Origin: Acidobacteriota bacterium
Lineage (GTDB): Bacteria > Acidobacteriota > Blastocatellia > RBC074
Assembly: GCA_022614735.1 (NCBI GenBank)
Contig: JAKEHZ010000090.1
Span: 1 to 50,298 of the forward strand
Length of the DNA: 50,298 bases
Direction: 5' to 3'
Numbering within the stretch: position 1 is the stretch's first letter; each line of letters begins with the position of its first letter. Below the pieces are notes generated by a model that saw nothing but the letters and a program-made list of their open reading frames with translations, was not told where the DNA came from and ran no database searches. Made by a program: the position numbers and the translations under genes. Shown in pieces: positions 42,855 to 50,298 of the stretch.

Positions 42855-42944
42855 AACCGCCAAGGCGCCAAGCGCGCCAAGCAAAGATACTATAAAGCTC
42901 AACAATTTTGATACCATCTTGGCGTCCTTGGCGCCTTGGCGGTT
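42855..42944. repeat. Palindrome IR11 (ccaaggcg words) in a divergent promoter region
   Basis: aaccgccaaggcgccaagcgcgccaag faces cttggcgtccttggcgccttggcggtt. The loop contains ataaagctcaacaa. It lies between the divergent starts at 42822 and 43064. Confidence 0.9.
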
Positions 42945-43063
42945 ATTATTCGAGAAAATGAATACTCACTTGATTGGCTTTTGTTCTAAGGCTATGATGC
43001 CGCGCGATCATGTCGACCCTCTATCGCTCGAACCCAGCAAGTTTTAGTTGCAAGGAGGCATTA

Positions 43064-45157
43064 ATGAAGAGACCAACGGCTTCTCTCATATTTGCTCTGT
43101 TCATATTCAGTCTCGCTTTCGCCGCCCCTGCCGAAAAGCGCATGACGATTGAAGACAGTCTGGCAATCAAGCAGGTCGGCGCTCCCCAACTCTCACCTGA
43201 TGGAAAGTTTATCGCTTACACTATTTCAGAATGGAACAAGAAAGAAAATCGCCGCGTTTCCCATGTCTGGTTTGCCTCCACGGAAGGCGGACGTTCAACG
43301 AGGTTGACCAATGGCGAGAAGGGCGAATCCTCGCCACAATGGTCACCTGACGGCGCGCTCATAGCTTTCCTGGCTGAGCGCGATAAAGGGACGCAGATCT
43401 GGATTATCCCCGTTTACGGAGGTGAGTCCGAAAGACTGACCTCGGAAGAGAATAATATTCAATCATTCCGTTGGTCTCCGGATGGCAAATCCATTGCCTT
43501 CGTGACACGCGATGTGCCGCATGACAAAGCTGAACGTGAGAAGAAGAAGAAGGATAAGTTCGACACGATCGTCGTTGACGCAGACTTCACCTATTCGCAT
43601 CTGTGGAAAATCAATGTCGAGACGAGAGATAAGAAACGTCTGACAGAAGGCAACTTCACTGCCAGCAACCCGCAATGGTCTCCCGACGGTAAATCGATCA
43701 CTTTCGTCATGTCACGCAGCGGCACGCAGGAAAGCAGCTTTATTGACATCTCTGAAGACCGCAACACTGACATTTACGTAATTCCAGCCGGAGGCGGGAC
43801 GCCGCGCCAGTTGACGACGAACCCGGCGGCTGACACCAATCCCCAATGGTCTCCTGACGGCAAATGGATTGCTTACGTAGCAAATTCTGAGCCGAAATCC
43901 TGGGCGGCCCGCAATGATGTGATGTTGATCTCCCCTGAAGGCGGCACACCACGCAATCTGACCAAAGACTTCTTCGAATCGGCCAGCTCCTCCATGAATT
44001 GGTCGCCCGATAGCAAGACCATATTCTTCACGAGCGGCGTTGGGTTTTACACACACATCTTCAAAATTTCCAGCGATGGCGGTAAAGTGACTCAGATTAC
44101 ACGCGAGCATCGCAATTATGGTCCATTCGATATCTCCGGCTATTCGCCGAAACTGACGCCCGGTACTCCTCCATTCAATTCCAACGAACCCGCTTACACC
44201 CCTAATTGGAAGATTGCATACGCTGTCACCGACAGTCTCACGCCTGAGGATATATGGATTGCACCATTGAACAAAATTGAAGAAGCCAAAAAGGTCACCT
44301 GGGTCAATCCGGAGATCCGAGATTTTACGCTCGCCGAAACAAATGTACTCAAGTGGAAAGGACCGGATAATCTCGATATCGAGGGGCTGCTCGTCAAACC
44401 GCTCGGATACGAAGAAGGTAAACGCTATCCCCTGATCCTGCAGATTCACGGCGGGCCTTATGCCCGCTTCTCCGACACATTCAACACCCGCGCCCAGATC
44501 TGGGCAGCGAATGGTTATGCTGTATTGATGCCCAATCCACGCGGATCGACGGGATATGGTCACAAGTTCACGATTGCAAACATCGGTGATTGGGGCGGCA
44601 AGGATTTTAAAGACATCATGGCCGGGGTTGATGTCCTGATAGCTAAAGGTATTGCTGACCCTGAAAAGCTTGTCGTGATGGGCGGAAGCTATGGAGGGTT
44701 TATGACTTTCTGGACCATCACACAGACCGATCGCTTCAAAGCCGCTATCGGTCACGCGGGCATCAGCGACTGGTATAGTTTCCACGGTCAGAGCGATGTA
44801 CCCGGATTGATGGAGTATGGTTTTGCCGGACAGCCCTGGACTTCGACCGAAAACTATCGCAAGTATTCACCGATGACTTACGTCGATCGTGTAAAAACGC
44901 CAATAATGATTACACATGGCGAACGTGATCTGCGTGTTCCCATTGCACAGGCCGAACAGTATTACCGGGCACTCAAGAAACGCAGTGTAGAAGTCATCTT
45001 CCTGCGCTTTCCGCGTGAGGGACATGGCATTCAGGAACCGAACCACATAATCGATCTCGTCACACGCCAGCTTGAATGGTTCGACTCACATCTCGGCATA
45101 AAACGTACCAAGCCTGTCGAGACAAAATCAGTAGCACAAACGGAAAACAAAAAGTGA
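43064..45157 (+). CDS. Secreted S9-family serine peptidase, paralog of 39207..41234
   Basis: The ATG at 43064 follows AAGGAGG. The signal peptide is MKRPTASLIFALFIFSLAFAAPA. Blades include SPDGKFIAY, SPDGALIAF, SPDGKSIAF and SPDGKWIAY. The catalytic motifs are GGSYGG, GERDLRVP and REGHGI. Confidence 0.9.
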   Translation: MKRPTASLIFALFIFSLAFAAPAEKRMTIEDSLAIKQVGAPQLSPDGKFIAYTISEWNKKENRRVSHVWFASTEGGRSTRLTNGEKGESSPQWSPDGALIAFLAERDKGTQIWIIPVYGGESERLTSEENNIQSFRWSPDGKSIAFVTRDVPHDKAEREKKKKDKFDTIVVDADFTYSHLWKINVETRDKKRLTEGNFTASNPQWSPDGKSITFVMSRSGTQESSFIDISEDRNTDIYVIPAGGGTPRQLTTNPAADTNPQWSPDGKWIAYVANSEPKSWAARNDVMLISPEGGTPRNLTKDFFESASSSMNWSPDSKTIFFTSGVGFYTHIFKISSDGGKVTQITREHRNYGPFDISGYSPKLTPGTPPFNSNEPAYTPNWKIAYAVTDSLTPEDIWIAPLNKIEEAKKVTWVNPEIRDFTLAETNVLKWKGPDNLDIEGLLVKPLGYEEGKRYPLILQIHGGPYARFSDTFNTRAQIWAANGYAVLMPNPRGSTGYGHKFTIANIGDWGGKDFKDIMAGVDVLIAKGIADPEKLVVMGGSYGGFMTFWTITQTDRFKAAIGHAGISDWYSFHGQSDVPGLMEYGFAGQPWTSTENYRKYSPMTYVDRVKTPIMITHGERDLRVPIAQAEQYYRALKKRSVEVIFLRFPREGHGIQEPNHIIDLVTRQLEWFDSHLGIKRTKPVETKSVAQTENKK

Positions 45158-45161
45158 AAGG

Positions 45162-45211
45162 GGAATAGAAGAACCATGGATTTGGTCTGCGGCTGATCCG
45201 TGGTTAATTCC
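45162..45211. repeat. Short hairpin related to the IR3 family
   Basis: ggaat..gaaccatgga...tccgtggtt aattcc shares the gaacc(a/g)(c/t)gga / tccg(c/t)ggttc word with IR3 and the 15943 element. It starts 4 nt after the S9 peptidase stop. Confidence 0.6.
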
Positions 45212-45225
45212 TTTTACAACCGGCT

Positions 45226-46014
45226 ATGAATCGTGACTCTTTGAAGCGTGAGTTATACGCCGAATTTCTCGGCACGTTTGTCCTTATTGCCTTCGGCACA
45301 GGCGTCGTTGCGCAAGTCATTCTGAGCAATCAACAAAACGGCACTTACCTTTCGATCAACATCGCCTGGGGGTTTGCGGTAACGATGGGAATTTACGTCG
45401 CGGGCGGCGTGACGGGCGCGCATCTCAACCCGGCCGTCACGCTGGCGCTTGCTGGGCGTCGCGGATTTGCATGGTCAAAGGTGTTTCCCTATTGGCTGGC
45501 GCAAATCGCTGGAGCATTTACCGGCGCAGCAGTGGTCTTTATCGTCTATCGTGAGGCTTTCAATGCATTCGACCACGGGTCGCGCGTGGTTCTGGGTGAG
45601 AAAGGCACTGCCGGAATCTTCGCTACTTACCCACAGCCTTTCCTTTCAATCCTTGGCGGGTTGGTTGATCAAATCGTCGGGACGGCGATTTTGTTGCTCG
45701 TGATCATGGCGATCGGCGATACGCGAAATAATGCCGCCGGCAATCTGGGGCCGATTGCCGTGGGATTTCTGGTGATGGCGGTTGGAATGGCTTTCGGCTT
45801 CAATGCCGGTTACGCAGTCAATCCGGCGCGCGACCTGGGACCGCGATTGTTTACGGCAGTTGCGGGATGGGGAACGGAAGTTTTTCGCGCGGGCAATTAC
45901 TGGTTCTGGGTCCCAATTGCCGGACCACTCGTTGGCGGACCATTGGGCGCACTTGTTTACGATGCCTTGGTTGGCAAACATTTCCCAGATGAGAATACGA
46001 AACAAACGAAATGA
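45226..46014 (+). CDS. glpF: MIP-family channel, aquaglyceroporin type
   Basis: 262 aa with two NPA boxes, HLNPAVT and VNPARDLGPR. Asp after the second NPAR is typical of glycerol facilitators. Confidence 0.8.
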   Translation: MNRDSLKRELYAEFLGTFVLIAFGTGVVAQVILSNQQNGTYLSINIAWGFAVTMGIYVAGGVTGAHLNPAVTLALAGRRGFAWSKVFPYWLAQIAGAFTGAAVVFIVYREAFNAFDHGSRVVLGEKGTAGIFATYPQPFLSILGGLVDQIVGTAILLLVIMAIGDTRNNAAGNLGPIAVGFLVMAVGMAFGFNAGYAVNPARDLGPRLFTAVAGWGTEVFRAGNYWFWVPIAGPLVGGPLGALVYDALVGKHFPDENTKQTK

Positions 46015-46054
46015 ACCTTAGTGGGTTGGTACGCTGGCTAAGGCCTAAGGGGCG

Positions 46055-46807
46055 CTACTTCCCACGCCCCTGACGCAACCGCATGTCAGAGCGAAGAAGG
46101 TCCAGGTCGCCGCCGTATCTCTCTTCTATGTCGCGCACCAATCGATGCTCCTTCTGACCAGACTTGAGGCGTTTATTTATGACATGGAATACACTGGCAC
46201 GCCCTGAACTCGGTCTGATGAGTTTGCCTCCGTAGTCTAAATACCCGACGATAAGATATTCTTCTTTCGGAATGTAGACGACACCTTCAGTACTGACTTC
46301 TCTTACCACAGCGACACCGTCAACATTTATTACGCCGCCCTGCTCAACCAAAAGGCTCTCCGAAGGAAGTAAAGGAAGAAATCGGCTAGGCAATTCAAAA
46401 GGTGGTGACTCGTCACTTACCTTGCCTTGCTGGTGCAAAGTTTCCAATATTTCAACCTTGTACCACGTCTCAATATCAGCACTGGGTATTTCAGGAACGA
46501 GTACGTAAACTGTAGTCTCTTTGTCTATGACTTTAACTCGCAACAAGCCGTAATCGCGCAATAACTCTTCTAAAGACAGTTCAGGAGTCGGTAGAGCAAT
46601 ACCTCCGGGAAGTATGACCTCCTTCTTACCCTGTTTTTTCGCGCTCTCAATATCCTCGCGATAGTAATCTCGCAAAATTCTTTCATATTTGGCGCGCTTT
46701 GTGTCGGCGGCTGTCTGCTGCCGAGACGCGCTCGTTGTCGCCTTCCACAGCAACGCGCCGCCGCTCAACAGGGCCAATCCTAATGCGAGACAGAGAATGA
46801 CCTTCAT
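46055..46807 (-). CDS. Secreted protein of unknown function
   Basis: The signal peptide is MKVILCLALGLALLSGGALL. I recognise no other motif. Coding is supported only by ORF length and its fit between neighbouring genes. Confidence 0.5.
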   Translation of the reverse strand: MKVILCLALGLALLSGGALLWKATTSASRQQTAADTKRAKYERILRDYYREDIESAKKQGKKEVILPGGIALPTPELSLEELLRDYGLLRVKVIDKETTVYVLVPEIPSADIETWYKVEILETLHQQGKVSDESPPFELPSRFLPLLPSESLLVEQGGVINVDGVAVVREVSTEGVVYIPKEEYLIVGYLDYGGKLIRPSSGRASVFHVINKRLKSGQKEHRLVRDIEERYGGDLDLLRSDMRLRQGRGK

Positions 46808-46914
46808 ACTTCGATGCTCTCTACAAACTAAGTGACAGACGGTTCAATTGTGAACCTTCGGTGAGCAGGCTTGACGCATCAAACAGGATGTCAAACCAAT
46901 CCGCCGAAGGCTAA

Positions 46915-46978
46915 CAAACAAGCGAAAATGGGCCCCTTTCGCTTGTTTCGTCTATTTTCGCATGTTTCGTATTCTCTC
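46915..46978. repeat. Truncated copy of the IR1 family (small hairpin plus right arm only)
   Basis: aaacaagcgaaa-atgggcccc-tttcgcttgttt is followed by cgtctattttcgcatgtttcgtattctctc. The IR1 right arm is tttcgcttgtttcgcttatttcgcctgtttcgttttctctc. It ends 5 nt from the stop at 46984. Confidence 0.8.
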
Positions 46979-46983
46979 ACTGT

Positions 46984-47961
46984 TCAGGTCTGGCCCTTGT
47001 CCAAGCTTTTGGTGAGCGTATCGGATGCTGTTTGTCGTGGCACGCTGATCACTGCCTGCACACGCTGGCCTGTGCGCGAGACTTTGAGGTTGTTGAGCAT
47101 CACCATCACCGCCGGATCGTCGGCCTTCCTGAGCTTCGCAAACAAAAGCGCGGCGTGCGCCAGATCGACAATAGCTCGCGCCTCCTGCTCATTGCTCGTA
47201 AAGCCTACGACATTGAGCTGAGCAACCTTATCAACTTCTAAAATCATGCTCAAAGAAGTCAGATGTTGTAATGGCCCCAAAGCTCGGCTCACGCTCACAG
47301 CTTCGAGAATTGCAAGCGCGGCATTGTCAACTTCCTTTATCCCCGAAGGGATGATGATCCGATAGTTGGCAAGAGTGCCGTCGGAATTGATGGAGCCGGC
47401 GACTCCTACTTTCAATTTCCCATCGGGAATGACGAGTTTCCCTGCCTTTTTTGCGTCGTAGAGCTGTTGAATCTGATCCTTGATCGGCGCAGTATTGATC
47501 TTGCCGAATCCGCCGGGATAAACATCATTCTTGGGCGGCGGGGTTGGCGTTGGCGCCGGCGCCGTTTTTATCGACACTTCTGCTTTGGCTAAATCTTCAA
47601 CCTCACGCTTTCTAGCCTCTTCCCTCTCGCGTTCAAGTCGATCCCGCTCACGCTTGAGACGGGCTGCTTCCAAACGAGCGAGCCGCTTCTCCTCTTTCTT
47701 GACCTCATCAATAGAAGCCATCTTGTCTGGTGGGCGGAATCCGAGGTATCCGGGTGGATAGGTCAACCGCTTGTTGAAACTGATGAGAATCGTCCGGTCA
47801 TACTCTTCATCAACAAATTCTACTCCTCTCAGTCCCATTGCGAGGCTTATAAGCGACGCAGCACGATAGACGATATAGATTCCCGCATGAAGCGTCAGAG
47901 AAAATAGAAGCGCAAGCATCAGCTTGCCGCTACGTTTTGGATATTCGACCAAAGTAATCAT
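46984..47961 (-). CDS. Membrane-anchored TonB-like protein with an extra C-terminal domain
   Basis: There is an N-terminal TM helix. A charged coiled segment is KKEEKRLARLEAARLKRERDRLEREREEARKRE and the proline linker is PAPTPTPPP. A TonB-C-like stretch is GTLANYRIIIPSGIKEVDNAALAILEAV. Confidence 0.55.
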   Translation of the reverse strand: MITLVEYPKRSGKLMLALLFSLTLHAGIYIVYRAASLISLAMGLRGVEFVDEEYDRTILISFNKRLTYPPGYLGFRPPDKMASIDEVKKEEKRLARLEAARLKRERDRLEREREEARKREVEDLAKAEVSIKTAPAPTPTPPPKNDVYPGGFGKINTAPIKDQIQQLYDAKKAGKLVIPDGKLKVGVAGSINSDGTLANYRIIIPSGIKEVDNAALAILEAVSVSRALGPLQHLTSLSMILEVDKVAQLNVVGFTSNEQEARAIVDLAHAALLFAKLRKADDPAVMVMLNNLKVSRTGQRVQAVISVPRQTASDTLTKSLDKGQT

Positions 47962-48007
47962 CTTTTTACCCGCCAGCCTACAGCTCTGACCAAAGGGTCT
48001 TACAAAC

Positions 48008-48049
48008 CTAACTACCGACTACCAACTACTGACTACCGACTACCGACTC
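48008..48049. repeat. Tandem heptamer array (c-y-r-acta x6) without a complementary arm
   Basis: The units are ctaacta ccgacta ccaacta ctgacta ccgacta ccgactc. I found no cggtagt-type partner within the intergenic region. Confidence 0.85.
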
Positions 48050-48179
48050 AATCTGTTCAACTAAATCTTACGCTGGTTATCCCGATCTCGAGTGCAGATT
48101 ATATTTGAATGGAGGTTAAGAGGAAACCGTGGAGCAGTTTTGAAAATTGAAGAGGCGAGAATTAGCAGGAAGTTAGCGC

Positions 48180-49850
48180 TTAACGACCGGTCTCTAATTG
48201 CTGTTTAAGCGCAATGGCATCACGATTTTGCGGATCGATCTCGAGAGCCTGTCTGGAATGAGCCAGGGCGAGTGCGCGATCACCTCGCGCGAGATATAAA
48301 CGTCCCAGCGCGATATGAGCTTCGATCAGACGGGGATTATAAGAAACAGAAGATTGGAGAGCGCTCATCGCGCTCTCCGTTTCGTTACGTCGGAAGAAAA
48401 TGATTCCACGCAGAAAGTGTGCTTCGGCATTTGTCGACTCAGCTGAGAGTACGCCCTGCAAGAGGCTCATCGCTTCCGTGTCATTGTTCACCAGGATCAA
48501 CTGTCGTGCGCGGTCAAGGCTCTTTCTTTGCGATATCTGCTGAGCTGTCGGACCTTTTGGAGCGGCCTGCTGCTTGCGCTCAAGCTTGTAAAATGCCGCG
48601 CGATTGAATTCCCACCTCAAACGTCCGAGGAGCGGAATTTGATCCGGCGCAACGGCCCACTTAGCATAATTATCGAGATGACGTTTAGCCTCGTTATCGG
48701 CTTGCGCAGCGTCGGCCTGCTGTCCGGTTGCACTCAGACATCTGGCAAGGAGGAAGAGCGCCTGGCCATCGCGCGGATTGGCTTTCACAGTGACGCTCAA
48801 GTGTTGGCCAGCCTCGCTATAATTTTGATTGCGCCAGAGCGCATAGCCATAGTTGAAACGATAGTGAGGATCGTTCGGGGCATTGGCGACAGCGCGACGC
48901 AGCATTTGCGAAGCATTGGCGTTATCACCTTTCGCCAACATCGCTACGCCTAGATTGTTGAAGACCTCGACCATTGGCATTATCTCGGCAAGTTTTCCGA
49001 AAGACGTCAACGATTCATTGAAGTCACTAACCCTGTAGGCTGAGATCCCGAGAAAAAACAGGCTCTCAGCATAATTCGGGTCATCCTTACCCAACTCCCT
49101 GAAGAGCTTGATTGCTTCAGCGTATTGACTCCGGCGATAGTTACAGAGGCCCAGTTCGTAGGTCGCCTGCGCGTAACGACCGGATCCACCCGCGCCTTCA
49201 AACTCCTGAATCGCCCGGCGCAGGAATCCTTCGCGCAACTTCAAATCTTGAGTTTGAACAGCCTTGACAAAGCTCTGATAAGCCCGAGGCGGGATGCTCG
49301 TGGCTTTGCGCGCCAGCTGATCCTTCGAGTAGGGCAATGATGGATTGCGCATGTAAACTATGTTCCAGGCAAGCTGTCCCTGCATTTCCTGCAAATCGGA
49401 CAATGGGCCGCTGAAGTTGAAGACTTTGTTGCCGACCAGACGGCCTTCCTCTCTTTCGATCAGCCGCGCCTGGATTGCTATAGTCGTGTTCTCTTTTTCG
49501 CCGCCGATGTCGAACTCTCCAATGAGAGTTAGATTGGCTTGTGCAGTCTCAGCGACACGGATCATTGCAGCGCGTGTGAGCAGATCATTCGGGCTTAGCC
49601 CCAACTTTTCGAAAGCCAGGTTTCGTTCATCTGCGCTGATCACCACAAAACCCGGCACATCGAGCACATCAGCTATGAGGATCGCGAAGCTCTCGCGAAT
49701 CCAGTTGTAGTCACCCAATTGCGATCTGTTCTCAAACGGCATGACCAGAATAATGTCCGCCGCCGAGGTTTTTGTCGAAAATCCGGTGAAGAAAAGACAA
49801 AGTAATATCAGACAAACAAATCTTATTTGTGATTCAACATATCTCATCAA
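48180..49850 (-). CDS. Secreted TPR-repeat protein with an N-terminal TolB-N/CsgG-like domain
   Basis: The signal peptide is MMRYVESQIRFVCLILLCLFFTGFSTKTSA. The N-domain is ILVMPFENRSQLGDYNWIRESFAILIADVL. Multiple TPR units follow (YELGLCNYRRSQYAEAIKLF, NLGVAMLAKGDNANASQMLRRAV, FLRGIIFFRRNETESAMSALQSSV). Confidence 0.8.
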   Translation of the reverse strand: MMRYVESQIRFVCLILLCLFFTGFSTKTSAADIILVMPFENRSQLGDYNWIRESFAILIADVLDVPGFVVISADERNLAFEKLGLSPNDLLTRAAMIRVAETAQANLTLIGEFDIGGEKENTTIAIQARLIEREEGRLVGNKVFNFSGPLSDLQEMQGQLAWNIVYMRNPSLPYSKDQLARKATSIPPRAYQSFVKAVQTQDLKLREGFLRRAIQEFEGAGGSGRYAQATYELGLCNYRRSQYAEAIKLFRELGKDDPNYAESLFFLGISAYRVSDFNESLTSFGKLAEIMPMVEVFNNLGVAMLAKGDNANASQMLRRAVANAPNDPHYRFNYGYALWRNQNYSEAGQHLSVTVKANPRDGQALFLLARCLSATGQQADAAQADNEAKRHLDNYAKWAVAPDQIPLLGRLRWEFNRAAFYKLERKQQAAPKGPTAQQISQRKSLDRARQLILVNNDTEAMSLLQGVLSAESTNAEAHFLRGIIFFRRNETESAMSALQSSVSYNPRLIEAHIALGRLYLARGDRALALAHSRQALEIDPQNRDAIALKQQLETGR

Positions 49851-50078
49851 CTACGATCCTAAATTGAAAAGCCGCCCACCAATGCAAAACCCGACTAATG
49901 ATCACATTAGCTATGCGATGAGGACGGACAGGTTGAAGTTTATGATTACAAAATCAAAATTCTCTCGTGGAGCGAGCATTATGATTTCACAAGCCAAAAA
50001 GTTTAGCACATTTGTGCTTCTTGTGCATTTTGCGGTGACCTTATTGCTTCGAATCGCTTCTCCTGAATCGTGAAGTGG

Positions 50079-50107
50079 TTGACGAACGGCGCCTCGATGA
50101 GTATTAT
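50079..50107 (+). promoter_or_regulatory. Candidate sigma70-type promoter for tRNA-Glu
   Basis: TTGACG (50079-50084), a 17-nt spacer, then TATTAT (50102-50107). A GC-rich discriminator ctgcgc follows. It lies about 55 nt upstream of the tRNA 5' end. Confidence 0.5.
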
Positions 50108-50162
50108 CTGCGCTTCGTTAGACGGTCAGGGTTAAGATTATCGATTCTCTGACAGTCAGAAA

Positions 50163-50244
<82 letters not shown>

Positions 50245-50298
50245 TTTAGAATCACAGGTATACGGCGATAACGGTGCTTAGATTTTACGGGGTAAGTC

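Noticed and set aside
43712-44785. 357-aa ORF antisense to the S9 peptidase gene
   Set aside because: It lies entirely inside a strongly supported gene on the opposite strand. Its composition is Arg/Gly/Ala-rich with no motifs, typical of a shadow ORF. The same applies to 26869..27723, 10719..11453, 34283..35029, 33070..33663, 12566..13075 and 24463..24981.
49741-50073. 110-aa + strand ORF between the TPR gene and the tRNA, including a 30-aa hydrophobic sub-ORF from 49981
   Set aside because: Its 5' part is antisense to the TPR gene start. There is no Shine-Dalgarno and no recognisable motif. The region is better explained as a promoter/leader region.

Overview
This 50.3-kb window looks like ordinary chromosome from a Gram-negative, soil-type bacterium. 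The gene content resembles Acidobacteriota or Planctomycetota, but that is a weak inference. I call 38 protein genes and one tRNA-Glu. I found no transposase, integrase, phage, CRISPR, toxin-antitoxin or recognisable defence gene, and no transcription factor.

Gene content from left to right:
- A secreted amidohydrolase, cut by the window edge.
- A four-gene histidine-utilisation operon (hutH-hutU-hutG-hutI).
- A minus-strand operon of a periplasmic adaptor, a hexaheme cytochrome c and a MacB/LolD-type ABC ATPase, with no permease.
- Three secreted proteins: a two-domain Q-linker protein, a VOC-fold protein, and a heme-c protein fused to a PHM-like copper monooxygenase.
- A KdaD-like dehydratase with a 2,5-dioxopentanoate dehydrogenase.
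- An operon of an M1 peptidase, a polytopic membrane protein and a DoxX-like protein.
- A 12-kb array of six paralogous PQQ-like beta-propeller proteins (signal or anchor sequences visible on five). It also holds an Fe-alcohol dehydrogenase, a secreted ankyrin protein and a lipocalin-like protein.
- Periplasmic Cu/Zn SOD.
- Two tandem PPi-type phosphofructokinases.
- A two-subunit 2-oxoacid:ferredoxin oxidoreductase.
- An S9 peptidase / D-aminoacylase / S9 peptidase cluster.
- An aquaglyceroporin.
- A module of an unknown secreted protein, a TonB-like protein and a TPR protein.
- tRNA-Glu(UUC).

The most unusual signal is non-coding. About 15 intergenic elements are present. Most are long, near-perfect palindromes with perfect stems of up to 61 and 83 bp. 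Their arms are built from tandem 6-9-nt words, and 13 of them lie within 20 nt of a stop codon. They share words and loop motifs between loci. One may supply the N-terminal signal-anchor of a propeller paralog.

My best candidates for something undescribed are these, in order:
1. The palindrome family.
2. The secreted propeller / ankyrin / lipocalin array.
3. The adaptor-hexaheme-ATPase operon without a permease.

All functional calls rest on motifs I could read in the translations. No database search was possible.
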